Source: an uncultured Alphaproteobacteria bacterium
Lineage (GTDB): Bacteria; Pseudomonadota; Alphaproteobacteria; CAAGCB01; CAG-977
Assembly: GCA_934277945.1 (NCBI GenBank)
Contig: CAKQWA010000002.1
Location: 162,410 to 226,409, forward strand
Direction: 5' to 3'
Length of the DNA: 64,000 nucleotides
Shown one piece after another: positions 16,876-25,954 of the stretch. The notes beneath the pieces are model-generated. The model saw only the letters and a program-made list of their open reading frames with translations. It ran no database searches and was not told the origin of the DNA. Numbering within the stretch: the stretch's first letter is position 1; each line of letters begins with the position of its first letter. Both the position numbers and the translations under genes were made by a program.

Positions 16876-19800
16876 TTAAAACAGTTCGGGAATCCCCTCG
16901 TCCTCCGCCGCCGCGGGCGCTTTCGCCGCCGCCTGAGCCGCCGCTTTCGCCGCCGCGTTCTTTGCGTTCGTCTGCTGCGGCGTTTTCGGCGTTTCAAGCG
17001 TCGTTTGCGGCGCTTGCTGTTGCTGGTTCGGCATATTCGGATTGTAGCCGTAATACGCGTTCGCCGGCATTTGCGACGGGGACTGCTCGACTTCGGCGCC
17101 GCTTGTCAGTTTCTGGGAGGAAGCGTCGATTTCACGCTGTTTCTGCTCTCTCAATTCCTGTTCGCGCTTGTCGATCAGTTTTGTCGTCTTTTCGCTCTGA
17201 TAATTCATGTCGTCTTCTTCGTCTTCCGTTTCCGTGCGCAACCACAAATCCTGATTGGCAAAAACGGTGATGCGCGTTCCCGACGGCACGAAAGAGCCGG
17301 ACGAAATCTGTTGCAGTTCGGAGAAGATCGCGTCGAAAATCTCCTGCATTTTGTCGGAGAAGTTGGAACGCGCGTCGTCCAAAGCCTGCTGTTTGCCGGT
17401 CGTCGTCGTCGTCGTACTGCCACCGGAAGCCGTTTCGACGGTCGTGCCGCCGTCCGCCATCATCCACAAAGCCGCGGATTCGACGACCGTTTCCAAAAGC
17501 GGCAGACCGAAGCGTTTCAGCAACTGCAAGTCCAAATAAGCGGGGATGCCGCCGCGTCCCTGCGCGTCGCCCGAAGATCCTTCCGGTTCGAACACGAATC
17601 CGACGCCGTCCGGACGAATCAAACGCGTCCACACGATAGCGATTTTCGACGCCGCCATCGGTCCCGCGCCGCTCTTGCCATCGCCGCCGGAGCCGATTTT
17701 CCCGATCAGGCGGCTGCCCGCCGGAATCAGAATGTTTCTGCCCGTTTCGGAATAAACGTTTCTTTCAACCACGGCGGAAACCGGCACGTTCGTATAGCGC
17801 GAATCAATGGAGCGCACCAAAACGGCGGGAATCGCCTTGTCCGCCAGAATCATGCGGCTCATGTCGACACGGTAGGAGGACGCGGTTTTCTTGATGCCCT
17901 GATCGCTCCAATCCTTGCTGACTTTCTGTTTGCGCCGGCGCTGTTTCTCGATATCGCTCTGCGACGCGCTTTGCAGTTGCCCCATGCTCATGGATTTGCG
18001 GCGCGCTTCCTGCATCGCCTGCAACTGCGCGATTCTTTGCGCGGAATAGCGTTCGCTGCGCCCCTGTCCGTAGCCTTTGATGCCGTACGCACCGCCGGAT
18101 TTGATGCCTTTACCGGCGGGAATTTCCGCCCCGCCCGTTCTTTTGGCTTCGCGCTCGGCATCGATTTTCGCCTGTTCCTCCGGCGACGTCTGCGTGCCGA
18201 TGATATTGCCGTCCGCGTCAATGATGTCGCCGTTTTCGTTGACGTAGCCGATGATGTTGCCGTTTTCGTCGACAACCGTGCCGTCGTCCAGAATGATGCC
18301 GAGTTTTTTACCCGTTTTAGAATAGGCGTATTTCGGTTTCGCCGCGTCGTTCGCGGGCGTAAAAACGCCGTCGTCCCAAGAACCGATGACGTTGCCGTTG
18401 ATGTCGACAATCTGACCGTCGGCGTTAATTCTGCCGATTTCCACGCCGTTCAGATTGACGACGCGGCCGTCGGGCAAAATCAGTCCGATGATGTTGCCGT
18501 CGGCGTCGCGCAACGGTTCGCCCTCCATGACCGACCCGATGACGTTGCCGTTCATGTCGACGACCGTGCCGTCGGGCAAAACTCTGCCGATGATGTTCCC
18601 TTCGTTGTCGCGCACATAGCCGTCCGCGCCGACAATGCCCAAGAACTCGCCGTTTCTGCCGATTGCCATTTTCACGGTTTCGTTGCCGGAAACGGCGGAC
18701 ACCTGACCGATGACGTTGCCGTCCAAATCGACGACCGTGCCGTCTTCCAGCACGCGCCCGATGATGTTGCCGTTCTCATCGCGCACAAAGCCGTCTTCGC
18801 CGACCGTGCCGATGACTTTGCCGTCGGGTCCCAAAACCTGCCTGCCGACAAATTTTTCGCTTGCGCCGACCTGCCCCAGAATGTTGCCGTCCATATCGAC
18901 GACCGTGCCGTCGTCCAGCACTCTGCCGATGACGTTTCCGTTCGCGTCGCGCACCAGACCGTCCGCGCCGACCGTGCCCAAAAGCGTGCCGTCAGGACCG
19001 TACACCTTGCGTCCCTCGAACGTCGCCTGAACTTTGCCGATGGGATTGCCGTTCATATCAACGACCGTTCCGTCCGGCAGAACTCTGCCGATGACATTCC
19101 CGTTCGCGTCGCGCACCAAGCCGTCCGCGCCGACCGTGCCCAAAAGTTTGCCGTCGGGTCCGTACACCTTGCGTCCCTCGAACGACGGCGCGACCTTGCC
19201 GATCGTTTTGCCGTTCATGTCGACGACCGTGCCGTCGGGCAGAACCCTGCCGATGACGTTCCCGTTCGCGTCGCGCACCAAACCGTCCGCGCCGACCGTG
19301 CCCAAAAGTTTGCCGTCGGGTCCGAACACCTGTCTGCCCGCGTAAGAGGGCGCCGCCTTGCCGATGACGTTGCCGTTCAAATCGACGACCGTGCCGTCGG
19401 GCAAAACTCTGCCGATGACGTTGCCGTTCGCGTCGCGCACCAAGCCGTCTTCGCCGATCGTGCCCAGCACTTCGCCGTTCGGTCCCAGAACCTGCTGATT
19501 GGCGAACAGGGAAGCCGGCACGCCGTCTTTCGTGTTCATCATGGAAATCCAGCACAAGTCCGTTCCGTCCTCTTTCACCGCCTTGCCGTTCGCCAGCAGT
19601 TTGCCCAGCACTTCGGAAGCCGTGTTGACGATTGAACCGTCATAATGCACCTTACCGACGGCGACGCCTTTCATTTTACATTCTTCGCCGATAGGCACGA
19701 CGCGCCCCAAGAATTTCTTGTCCGGCGTCAGCGTGCGCATTTCGGACGTGACGTAGCCCAAATCCTTGCCTTTGACGTTAACCACGCGTCCGTAGGGAGT

Positions 19801-22800
19801 CACCGTGCCGACCACGTCGCCCTTTTTGGAAATGACCAGTCTGCCGAAAGGCACTTCCACACCGATTTCCTGTCCGCTTTTGTAAACGGCTTTGCTTTGC
19901 TCGTTGACGACGCCCAGCGCGAAGCCCGTCACGGGATGCACGACGTAGCGGTTGCCGAACACGCGCCCGAGAACACGCCCGTGTCTGTCAACCAGATAAC
20001 GCCACCCCGCCGCCGCGCCGATGATGTTCTTTTCGGCGTCCAGCACCATGCCGTCCTGCGTGAAGCATCCGAGCGGATTGCCCTGATAGTCGATCACTTC
20101 GCCGTCGCCGACCGTGCGTCCGAACGACGAGCCGTCAAACGTGACGACCACGCCTTTCTGCACCAGTCTGCCGAGATTTTTGCCGCGTTTGTCGCGCACG
20201 ACGCCGTCGAAATCGACGCATCCGATTTCATCCATGCGCCCGTTCAGCACGCGCCCCTCGGCGTTCAGATTGCCGACGACCTCGCATTGAGAGCCGACCA
20301 CCGCGCGCGGTGAAACGACCAGACCGATCAAAGAGCCGTCGTTGTCGATCACGCCGCGGTCGTACGTCATGCGGGCGATGTTTTTGCCGTTTTTGAACAC
20401 TTCGCCCGTATCCATGCTCAACACGCCCGCGTCCATGTTGCAGGACGGCGCCAGAACGTACGGATCCATCACGCCGTAGCCGATGACGGCGTTCATTTTG
20501 TCCGTGACCGTTTCGTCGGGCAGGAACTTGCCGACCGTGCCGCGCTGTTGATGCACGACGTCGCCGCGCATGGAAATGCGTCCCAAAAAGTCGTTGGACG
20601 GCGTTAAAGCCAAGCCCGAAGACGATTTGAAGCCGACGACCTGACGTTCCGCGTCCGTCTGCATTTTGCCGATAATTTTGCCGTTGAAGTCGGCGACCGT
20701 GCCGTCCGTCCAGACGCGCCCGATGATTTTGCCTTTGAAATCGCGCACCAGAGCGTCGCGTCCGACAACGCCGAGCGGCTTGCCGTCGAAATCGACCGCC
20801 TGTCTGTTGATGTACTGCGCGGGCGGGTCGATTTGCCCGATGATTTTATCCTTGTCGTCCTCAACCGTGCCGTTGGGCAGAACTTCGCCCAAAACGGCGT
20901 TTTGACGGTCGACGACGTTGTTGTCGTTGTCAACGCGCCCGATGATGTTGCCCGTTTCGTCGTAAGCGCGCAGGGAAACGCGCCCGATGACGCGCCCGTT
21001 CAAATCAAGCACCGTGCCGTCGCGAATGACGCGCCCGATGATTTTGCCGGAGGAATCGCGCACCAGACCGTCGGCAAACACGACACCCAGCACCGTATCG
21101 CCCTGTTGCGAATACACGTCGTGATCCACGAAATTCGCGGGGGCTTCCAACTGCCCGAACACCTTGTTCGCGGAATCGTTGACCAAGCCGTCGGAATCCG
21201 CCGTGCCGACGATTTTGCCATCGTCGGAAACGACTTTGCTGTTTTCGTCCGTCTTGCCGATGAACGTGCCGAAAGAATCGTACGCTTTCGTTCCCACGGC
21301 GGGTTTGACGGAAAGCACTTTTTTGCCCTGCGCGTACTGCCCGATGACTTTTCCGGAAGCGTCCAGCACTTCGCCGGTCGCGGACACATAGCCGATGATG
21401 TTGCCGTTCGCGTCCATAATCGGTTCGCCGACGGCGACGATTTCGCCGATTTCGCGTCCCTCTTTGTCGAAAACGCGGTTGGACATATCGGCGTAACCGA
21501 TGATGTTGCCGTTCAAATCGACGACCGTGCCGTCCGGCAGAGCCGTCCCGATGACTTCGCCGTTTTTGCCGATGACCTGACGCACGCCCATGAACACGCG
21601 CCCGACCGTCGCGCCGTTTTTATCGACGACGCGTCCGTCCGGCAACTGCAAATTGCCCAGAAATTCGGATTTCTTGTCCAGAGCGATCCCCTCCGGCAGA
21701 ATACGCCCGATAATCGCCATGGAAGCGTCGAAAACAGGCACGCCCGCGGGAATGACGCCCGCGATTTTAACGTGTTCCGCGTCTTCAATGTAGCCGGTGC
21801 TGACGACGCGTCCCAAACGCTTGTCGCCGCCCAAAGTCAACGCTTCGCCGCGTTCGTTGCCGCGCCCGAACAGAACGCTGTCCTGATTAAGAGCCAAACC
21901 GGTGGAAAGAGGCGTCCCCAAAAACGCGGGCTTGCGCCCCAGCATACTGATCAGACCGTCCGCGCGCAGACAGCCGACGGGCTTGCCCTCCTCGTCGATC
22001 AGTTCGCCCTTGTAGTTCGTATAGCCCAGATACTCGTTCCGGTTGCCCAAAACGCTGCCGCCCTTGACAACACGTCCGATAAACTTGTCCTTATCGTTGA
22101 AAACGGCGTTATTATCCTGAATGTAGCCCAAACGCTCCATGCGCGAATTGACGATGCGCCCGTCGGGAATGATTCTGCCCAGCGGCAGACACGGCATCTG
22201 CATCGCGTAAGCGTCGCGCGGCACGACGCGCCCGACTTTCGAGCCCGAAGCGTCAACGACGACACCGTCGGAGAACACGCGCCCCAAAACCGCGCCTTTG
22301 ATATCCGTCGCCATCGCGTCGGGAGCGACAAAACCGACGGAACGCCCTTTGGCGTTGATGACGCTGTAATTCGGCAACAGTCCGCCCAGCACGACGTTTG
22401 TGGAATCAATGGCGAGGCGCGACGGATCCATACAGCCGATGACCATGCCTTTCTTATTGACGACCTTGCCGCTTTCGTTGGCGAAGCCTTCCACTTCCCC
22501 CGATGAACCGACGACAATCGGCGTATACGGTATCGCGCCGGTCACCATGCCGTCTGCCCCGAAAACATCTCCCGAAGAACTCAACGAACCTTCCACCTGA
22601 CTTGTCGAAACGGAAACGATCTTGCCTTCCGAGTCAAGATACCCCAAGACTTCACAGCCGGCTCTGACGGCAACGGGAACATCGTCGTTCACCCAAGCGC
22701 CCGTCACCTGCCCCGTCGACGACAGAAAAGCACCGTCGGGCTGAATGCGCCCTTTCAGTTCTCCGCCCGAAACAACCGCGCCGTCCGGCATAATCCGTCC

Positions 22801-24411
22801 GATAAACGCGCCCCGCCGTCCGACGACAACCCCTTTGGGACGGACGCTGGCGATAATTTCCATATCAGAGTTTAAAACGGTGGATTGCGGGGTCAGGCAC
22901 CCCAGCGGATCGCCTTTGTGATTGATCGGCGTGCCGTCCGTGTCAATGCGCCCGATGATGTTGCCGTCCCAGTCCAGCAGCGGACCTTCCTGCACCAAAG
23001 AGCCGACCGGATTGCCGTTCAAATCCAGAATGACGCGCGTGGAGGTCATGTGACCGACAAGTTTGTTGTCTTTCAGCACGGAGCCGTCCGTGCTGACGCG
23101 CCCGAGAACGCGGCATCCGGATCCGACGGCGATACCGGTTTGCACCGTGCGGCTGATGATGTTTTTATTGCTGTCAATAATCAGACCGCCGGGCAGAGCC
23201 TTGCCGATGACCGTGCCGTCTTCGTTGACGACGCGGCCGTCCGGCAGAACGACGCCGAGCGAACGCCCCATGCCGTCCACGACGCCCCCTTGCGGCACCA
23301 GCGTGCCGAGAGGCTTGCCTTCCAAATCGACAACCGTGCCGTCGGGGTTCAAATAGCCTATCAGATTTCCCGTTTCATCGACGACGCGGCCGTCCGGCAG
23401 AACTTTGCCGATGACGTTGCCCTTTTTGTCGTACACGTTGCCCGCCGCAATCGCCGAGCCGATGACGTTGCCGTTCAAATCCACGATCGTGCCGTCGCGC
23501 AACGCCCTGCCGATGACGTTGCCGTGCGAATCAACGACGCGCCCGTCGGGCAGAACCGTGCCGATGACTTCGCCGTTCGGTCCCAAGGCGATTTTCTGCC
23601 CCTCGACGACGCCGATGATGTAACCGTCCGCGTCCACAACGGTGTTGTCGGGCTGAACCATGCCGATTTTCTTGCCGTCCAGACCGATGGCGACGCCGTT
23701 TTCGTCGGCGTACCCGATCGGTTTGCCGTCCAGACCGAGAATCAAGCGTCCCTTGTCCTGCAAATTTTCAATCATCGTGCGTTTTTCGCCCGACGGACTT
23801 TCCACGTTGTCGCAAACGCCGCACATACTTGTGTCGATTGCGGTCGCGGAAACGGGAATGACGACTTTTTTACCGATGATGCCGAAAGTTTCGTCGCGCC
23901 AGCGCACCGCCAGATTGTTTTGAATGGAGCGCGCCTGCTTGGGCTCCCAGCGCACGACGACGTTGCAAACCGCGTCGCCGGTCAAGATTTCGTTCGCCTT
24001 GCACTTGTTTTCCAGCGTAAAGCCGTCTTTCTGGACTTCTTCAAAATCGACGGAAATGATGCTGACCTTGCCCGACGAACTGGACAGCGAAACGGTCGCT
24101 TCCGCCTCGGTGTTCAGCACGACCTGATCGAAACGGATCGCTTCGGGGGTCGCCACGACGCGCACCGTCGTTTTTTCAGGCATGTTGATTTGCAACTGGT
24201 CGACGCCGGTTCCCGTCACGCCGGACGACGCGTCAACACCGTCGCCGACGGTTAGCTTTGCGTCCTCCTTGACCGTTTCGACGCCGCCCATCAGAATAAC
24301 CAACCCGATCAGAAACGCGAACAACGCTCCCAATCCGACGAACAGAATCGTCCGGTTTGTCTTTTTCAAATATGTTTCAGACGAGCTGAGATATTCTTCT
24401 TCGTCAGACAT
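16876..24411 (-). CDS. virB10: Giant VirB10/TrbI-family T4SS protein (2511 aa) with a huge internal tandem-repeat array; CagY/DotG-like architecture
   Basis: Short cytoplasmic N-terminus plus one TM ('ILFVGLGALFAFLIGLVILMGG'). The C-terminal region 'VPVSAVVERNVYSETGRNILIPAGSRLIGKIG...IAIVWTRLIRPDGVGFVFEPEGSSGDAQGRGGIPAYLDLQLLKRFG' matches the VirB10/TrbI barrel domain. About aa 225-2075 consists of ~17-aa 'LPDGTVVDLNGNVIGKV'-type repeats. A Q/A/K-rich tail follows. Confidence 0.8.
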   Translation of the reverse strand: MSDEEEYLSSSETYLKKTNRTILFVGLGALFAFLIGLVILMGGVETVKEDAKLTVGDGVDASSGVTGTGVDQLQINMPEKTTVRVVATPEAIRFDQVVLNTEAEATVSLSSSSGKVSIISVDFEEVQKDGFTLENKCKANEILTGDAVCNVVVRWEPKQARSIQNNLAVRWRDETFGIIGKKVVIPVSATAIDTSMCGVCDNVESPSGEKRTMIENLQDKGRLILGLDGKPIGYADENGVAIGLDGKKIGMVQPDNTVVDADGYIIGVVEGQKIALGPNGEVIGTVLPDGRVVDSHGNVIGRALRDGTIVDLNGNVIGSAIAAGNVYDKKGNVIGKVLPDGRVVDETGNLIGYLNPDGTVVDLEGKPLGTLVPQGGVVDGMGRSLGVVLPDGRVVNEDGTVIGKALPGGLIIDSNKNIISRTVQTGIAVGSGCRVLGRVSTDGSVLKDNKLVGHMTSTRVILDLNGNPVGSLVQEGPLLDWDGNIIGRIDTDGTPINHKGDPLGCLTPQSTVLNSDMEIIASVRPKGVVVGRRGAFIGRIMPDGAVVSGGELKGRIQPDGAFLSSTGQVTGAWVNDDVPVAVRAGCEVLGYLDSEGKIVSVSTSQVEGSLSSSGDVFGADGMVTGAIPYTPIVVGSSGEVEGFANESGKVVNKKGMVIGCMDPSRLAIDSTNVVLGGLLPNYSVINAKGRSVGFVAPDAMATDIKGAVLGRVFSDGVVVDASGSKVGRVVPRDAYAMQMPCLPLGRIIPDGRIVNSRMERLGYIQDNNAVFNDKDKFIGRVVKGGSVLGNRNEYLGYTNYKGELIDEEGKPVGCLRADGLISMLGRKPAFLGTPLSTGLALNQDSVLFGRGNERGEALTLGGDKRLGRVVSTGYIEDAEHVKIAGVIPAGVPVFDASMAIIGRILPEGIALDKKSEFLGNLQLPDGRVVDKNGATVGRVFMGVRQVIGKNGEVIGTALPDGTVVDLNGNIIGYADMSNRVFDKEGREIGEIVAVGEPIMDANGNIIGYVSATGEVLDASGKVIGQYAQGKKVLSVKPAVGTKAYDSFGTFIGKTDENSKVVSDDGKIVGTADSDGLVNDSANKVFGQLEAPANFVDHDVYSQQGDTVLGVVFADGLVRDSSGKIIGRVIRDGTVLDLNGRVIGRVSLRAYDETGNIIGRVDNDNNVVDRQNAVLGEVLPNGTVEDDKDKIIGQIDPPAQYINRQAVDFDGKPLGVVGRDALVRDFKGKIIGRVWTDGTVADFNGKIIGKMQTDAERQVVGFKSSSGLALTPSNDFLGRISMRGDVVHQQRGTVGKFLPDETVTDKMNAVIGYGVMDPYVLAPSCNMDAGVLSMDTGEVFKNGKNIARMTYDRGVIDNDGSLIGLVVSPRAVVGSQCEVVGNLNAEGRVLNGRMDEIGCVDFDGVVRDKRGKNLGRLVQKGVVVTFDGSSFGRTVGDGEVIDYQGNPLGCFTQDGMVLDAEKNIIGAAAGWRYLVDRHGRVLGRVFGNRYVVHPVTGFALGVVNEQSKAVYKSGQEIGVEVPFGRLVISKKGDVVGTVTPYGRVVNVKGKDLGYVTSEMRTLTPDKKFLGRVVPIGEECKMKGVAVGKVHYDGSIVNTASEVLGKLLANGKAVKEDGTDLCWISMMNTKDGVPASLFANQQVLGPNGEVLGTIGEDGLVRDANGNVIGRVLPDGTVVDLNGNVIGKAAPSYAGRQVFGPDGKLLGTVGADGLVRDANGNVIGRVLPDGTVVDMNGKTIGKVAPSFEGRKVYGPDGKLLGTVGADGLVRDANGNVIGRVLPDGTVVDMNGNPIGKVQATFEGRKVYGPDGTLLGTVGADGLVRDANGNVIGRVLDDGTVVDMDGNILGQVGASEKFVGRQVLGPDGKVIGTVGEDGFVRDENGNIIGRVLEDGTVVDLDGNVIGQVSAVSGNETVKMAIGRNGEFLGIVGADGYVRDNEGNIIGRVLPDGTVVDMNGNVIGSVMEGEPLRDADGNIIGLILPDGRVVNLNGVEIGRINADGQIVDINGNVIGSWDDGVFTPANDAAKPKYAYSKTGKKLGIILDDGTVVDENGNIIGYVNENGDIIDADGNIIGTQTSPEEQAKIDAEREAKRTGGAEIPAGKGIKSGGAYGIKGYGQGRSERYSAQRIAQLQAMQEARRKSMSMGQLQSASQSDIEKQRRRKQKVSKDWSDQGIKKTASSYRVDMSRMILADKAIPAVLVRSIDSRYTNVPVSAVVERNVYSETGRNILIPAGSRLIGKIGSGGDGKSGAGPMAASKIAIVWTRLIRPDGVGFVFEPEGSSGDAQGRGGIPAYLDLQLLKRFGLPLLETVVESAALWMMADGGTTVETASGGSTTTTTTGKQQALDDARSNFSDKMQEIFDAIFSELQQISSGSFVPSGTRITVFANQDLWLRTETEDEEDDMNYQSEKTTKLIDKREQELREQKQREIDASSQKLTSGAEVEQSPSQMPANAYYGYNPNMPNQQQQAPQTTLETPKTPQQTNAKNAAAKAAAQAAAKAPAAAEDEGIPELF
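18190..23740 (-). repeat. Coding tandem-repeat array inside virB10
   Basis: The array is roughly 17-aa DGxVVDxxGNVIG units, on the order of 100 copies. They are grouped into 54-aa super-repeats. A sub-region near 18.75-19.5 kb holds near-identical 162-bp DNA copies. Confidence 0.7.
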
Positions 24412-24415
24412 GGTG

Positions 24416-25954
24416 TCATTGTGTCCTTATCACCGTGCAGGCGACGCCGCGGCGTCCCAACTGCGAACATAACGAGTTGCCCTCTTTCAGACTTTCGACG
24501 GGTCCGATGCGCAAACGGAACAGATCCTTGCCGTCGCCGTCCGCCGAAGCGTCAATCGAATAGAACGGCGTGAATTTGCCCAGCAAATCCTTGTTCTTGC
24601 GGGAAATGTTGCCCCACAAGCGTTCCAAATTCGCAATTTCGGCGTCGCTGCCGAATTCGACGGAAATCTTTTCGGGCAGGTTCTTCGCCGCCGGACGCTT
24701 GACATAGCCGTCCGACACCCCTGCACAGCCGGCGCAATTCATTTGAGCCAAGCCCGCCATCGCCTGCGCCGCCGTCATCGGCGCGCCGCTTGTCATCGTG
24801 TTCTTGATTGTCGCGCCGCCCGTCATGTTCAGCCCCGACGTTTTCGGATTGATCGGCGCGGGGACGTATTCGGGCTGGACGGCGGGATCGTAACTGACCC
24901 ATTCCGTGCCGAAAGCGGGATCTTTGCGGATGCGCAGGCAGACAATCCGCTTGCCGTTGCGCAAAACCATGTCGCCAACGCCCTCGACCACAATCAAGCG
25001 GCTGTGCGGTCCCCGAGTTCTGAAACCGACGGGAACTTCGGAGCCCTGCACCAAAAGGTTGACAATCGGACGTTGCAACATGCTCAACGCCTTGGGTCCC
25101 AAGTCGATATAGGTGAAAATTTCGTCGCGCCACACGCGTTCGGGGGCGATTTCAATGTCGTCGGGGTTCGGAATGAACACGTCGATGTCGAAACGCAGTT
25201 TTTCCGGATCGACGGGAATATCGTCAAGCCAGCCGTCGCCGGCGGGATTCGTTTTCGTCGTTCCGCCCTTGCCGACGGCGGAAGAACCGCCTTTGCCGTT
25301 GCGGGAAACGCCGCCGCCCGCGCCTTTCGCCACCGTTCCCGCCGCCATGGGCGTCGTGCCGGAAGCGTCGGGCGTGTAATTCGCGTCGTTGACGACGATG
25401 TCGACGACCGCGTTCGTGATGCGGTCGGTGTTAAACGTTTCGCTTCTTAAATAAAAGACGTATCTGTTGCCCGACCGTCCCATGACGACCATGTTGCTGT
25501 CCACGCCGACGAAGCCGGAGGAGGCTTCCGCGTAAACCAGCAGGGCGTTCGGCGCGGCGAACGTCGTTGAAAAAGCGACCTGATCGCCGACCCAGACCGT
25601 GTCCAGCAATTCCCAAGACGGAAAATTGATCAGCGTGACCATGCCTTCGCGAATGCGCAGCGGCAGAACCAGATCCGGCGTCCATTGATAGCGCGAATAT
25701 CCCGGTTTCGTCTGCCCCTCGCCCAGATGCTCCATCGGCTTGTTCCACGCCTTTTGCTGCATCCCCCAAGACGACAGATGACTGATGTCCATTTCGGAAT
25801 ACTGCCCGTTCGACTGTTCGATTGCGGCGTCCATTGATTCGTAAGAGGACGGGGCGGCTTGCGCGAAAGAGCGCGACGGCAGGCAGGACAGCCCGAAAAC
25901 CGTTGCGGCGAGAATGGATTTTTGAATAAATGTTTTCACGGCAGCACCTATCAT
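24416..25954 (-). CDS. virB9: VirB9/CagX/TrbG-family T4SS outer-membrane core protein with a C-terminal SPOR (peptidoglycan-binding) domain
   Basis: Signal peptide, then a VirB9 N-domain ('RIREGMVTLINFPSWELLDTVWVGD...NRYVFYLRS'). After a Gly-rich linker comes a VirB9 C-domain ('EIFTYIDLG...LRNGKRIVCLRIRK'). The last ~80 aa, 'ISVEFGSDAEIANLERLW...DLFRLRIGPVESLKEGNSLCSQLGRRGVACTVI', is SPOR-like. The start overlaps the virB8b stop by 1 nt. Confidence 0.7.
   Translation of the reverse strand: MIGAAVKTFIQKSILAATVFGLSCLPSRSFAQAAPSSYESMDAAIEQSNGQYSEMDISHLSSWGMQQKAWNKPMEHLGEGQTKPGYSRYQWTPDLVLPLRIREGMVTLINFPSWELLDTVWVGDQVAFSTTFAAPNALLVYAEASSGFVGVDSNMVVMGRSGNRYVFYLRSETFNTDRITNAVVDIVVNDANYTPDASGTTPMAAGTVAKGAGGGVSRNGKGGSSAVGKGGTTKTNPAGDGWLDDIPVDPEKLRFDIDVFIPNPDDIEIAPERVWRDEIFTYIDLGPKALSMLQRPIVNLLVQGSEVPVGFRTRGPHSRLIVVEGVGDMVLRNGKRIVCLRIRKDPAFGTEWVSYDPAVQPEYVPAPINPKTSGLNMTGGATIKNTMTSGAPMTAAQAMAGLAQMNCAGCAGVSDGYVKRPAAKNLPEKISVEFGSDAEIANLERLWGNISRKNKDLLGKFTPFYSIDASADGDGKDLFRLRIGPVESLKEGNSLCSQLGRRGVACTVIRTQ

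Noticed and set aside
17000-24300. Possibility that the periodic repeats are a CRISPR array or a non-coding satellite
   Set aside because: The repeats lie inside one uninterrupted 7.5-kb reading frame with strong codon periodicity and protein-level conservation. There are no spacer/repeat alternation, leader or cas genes.
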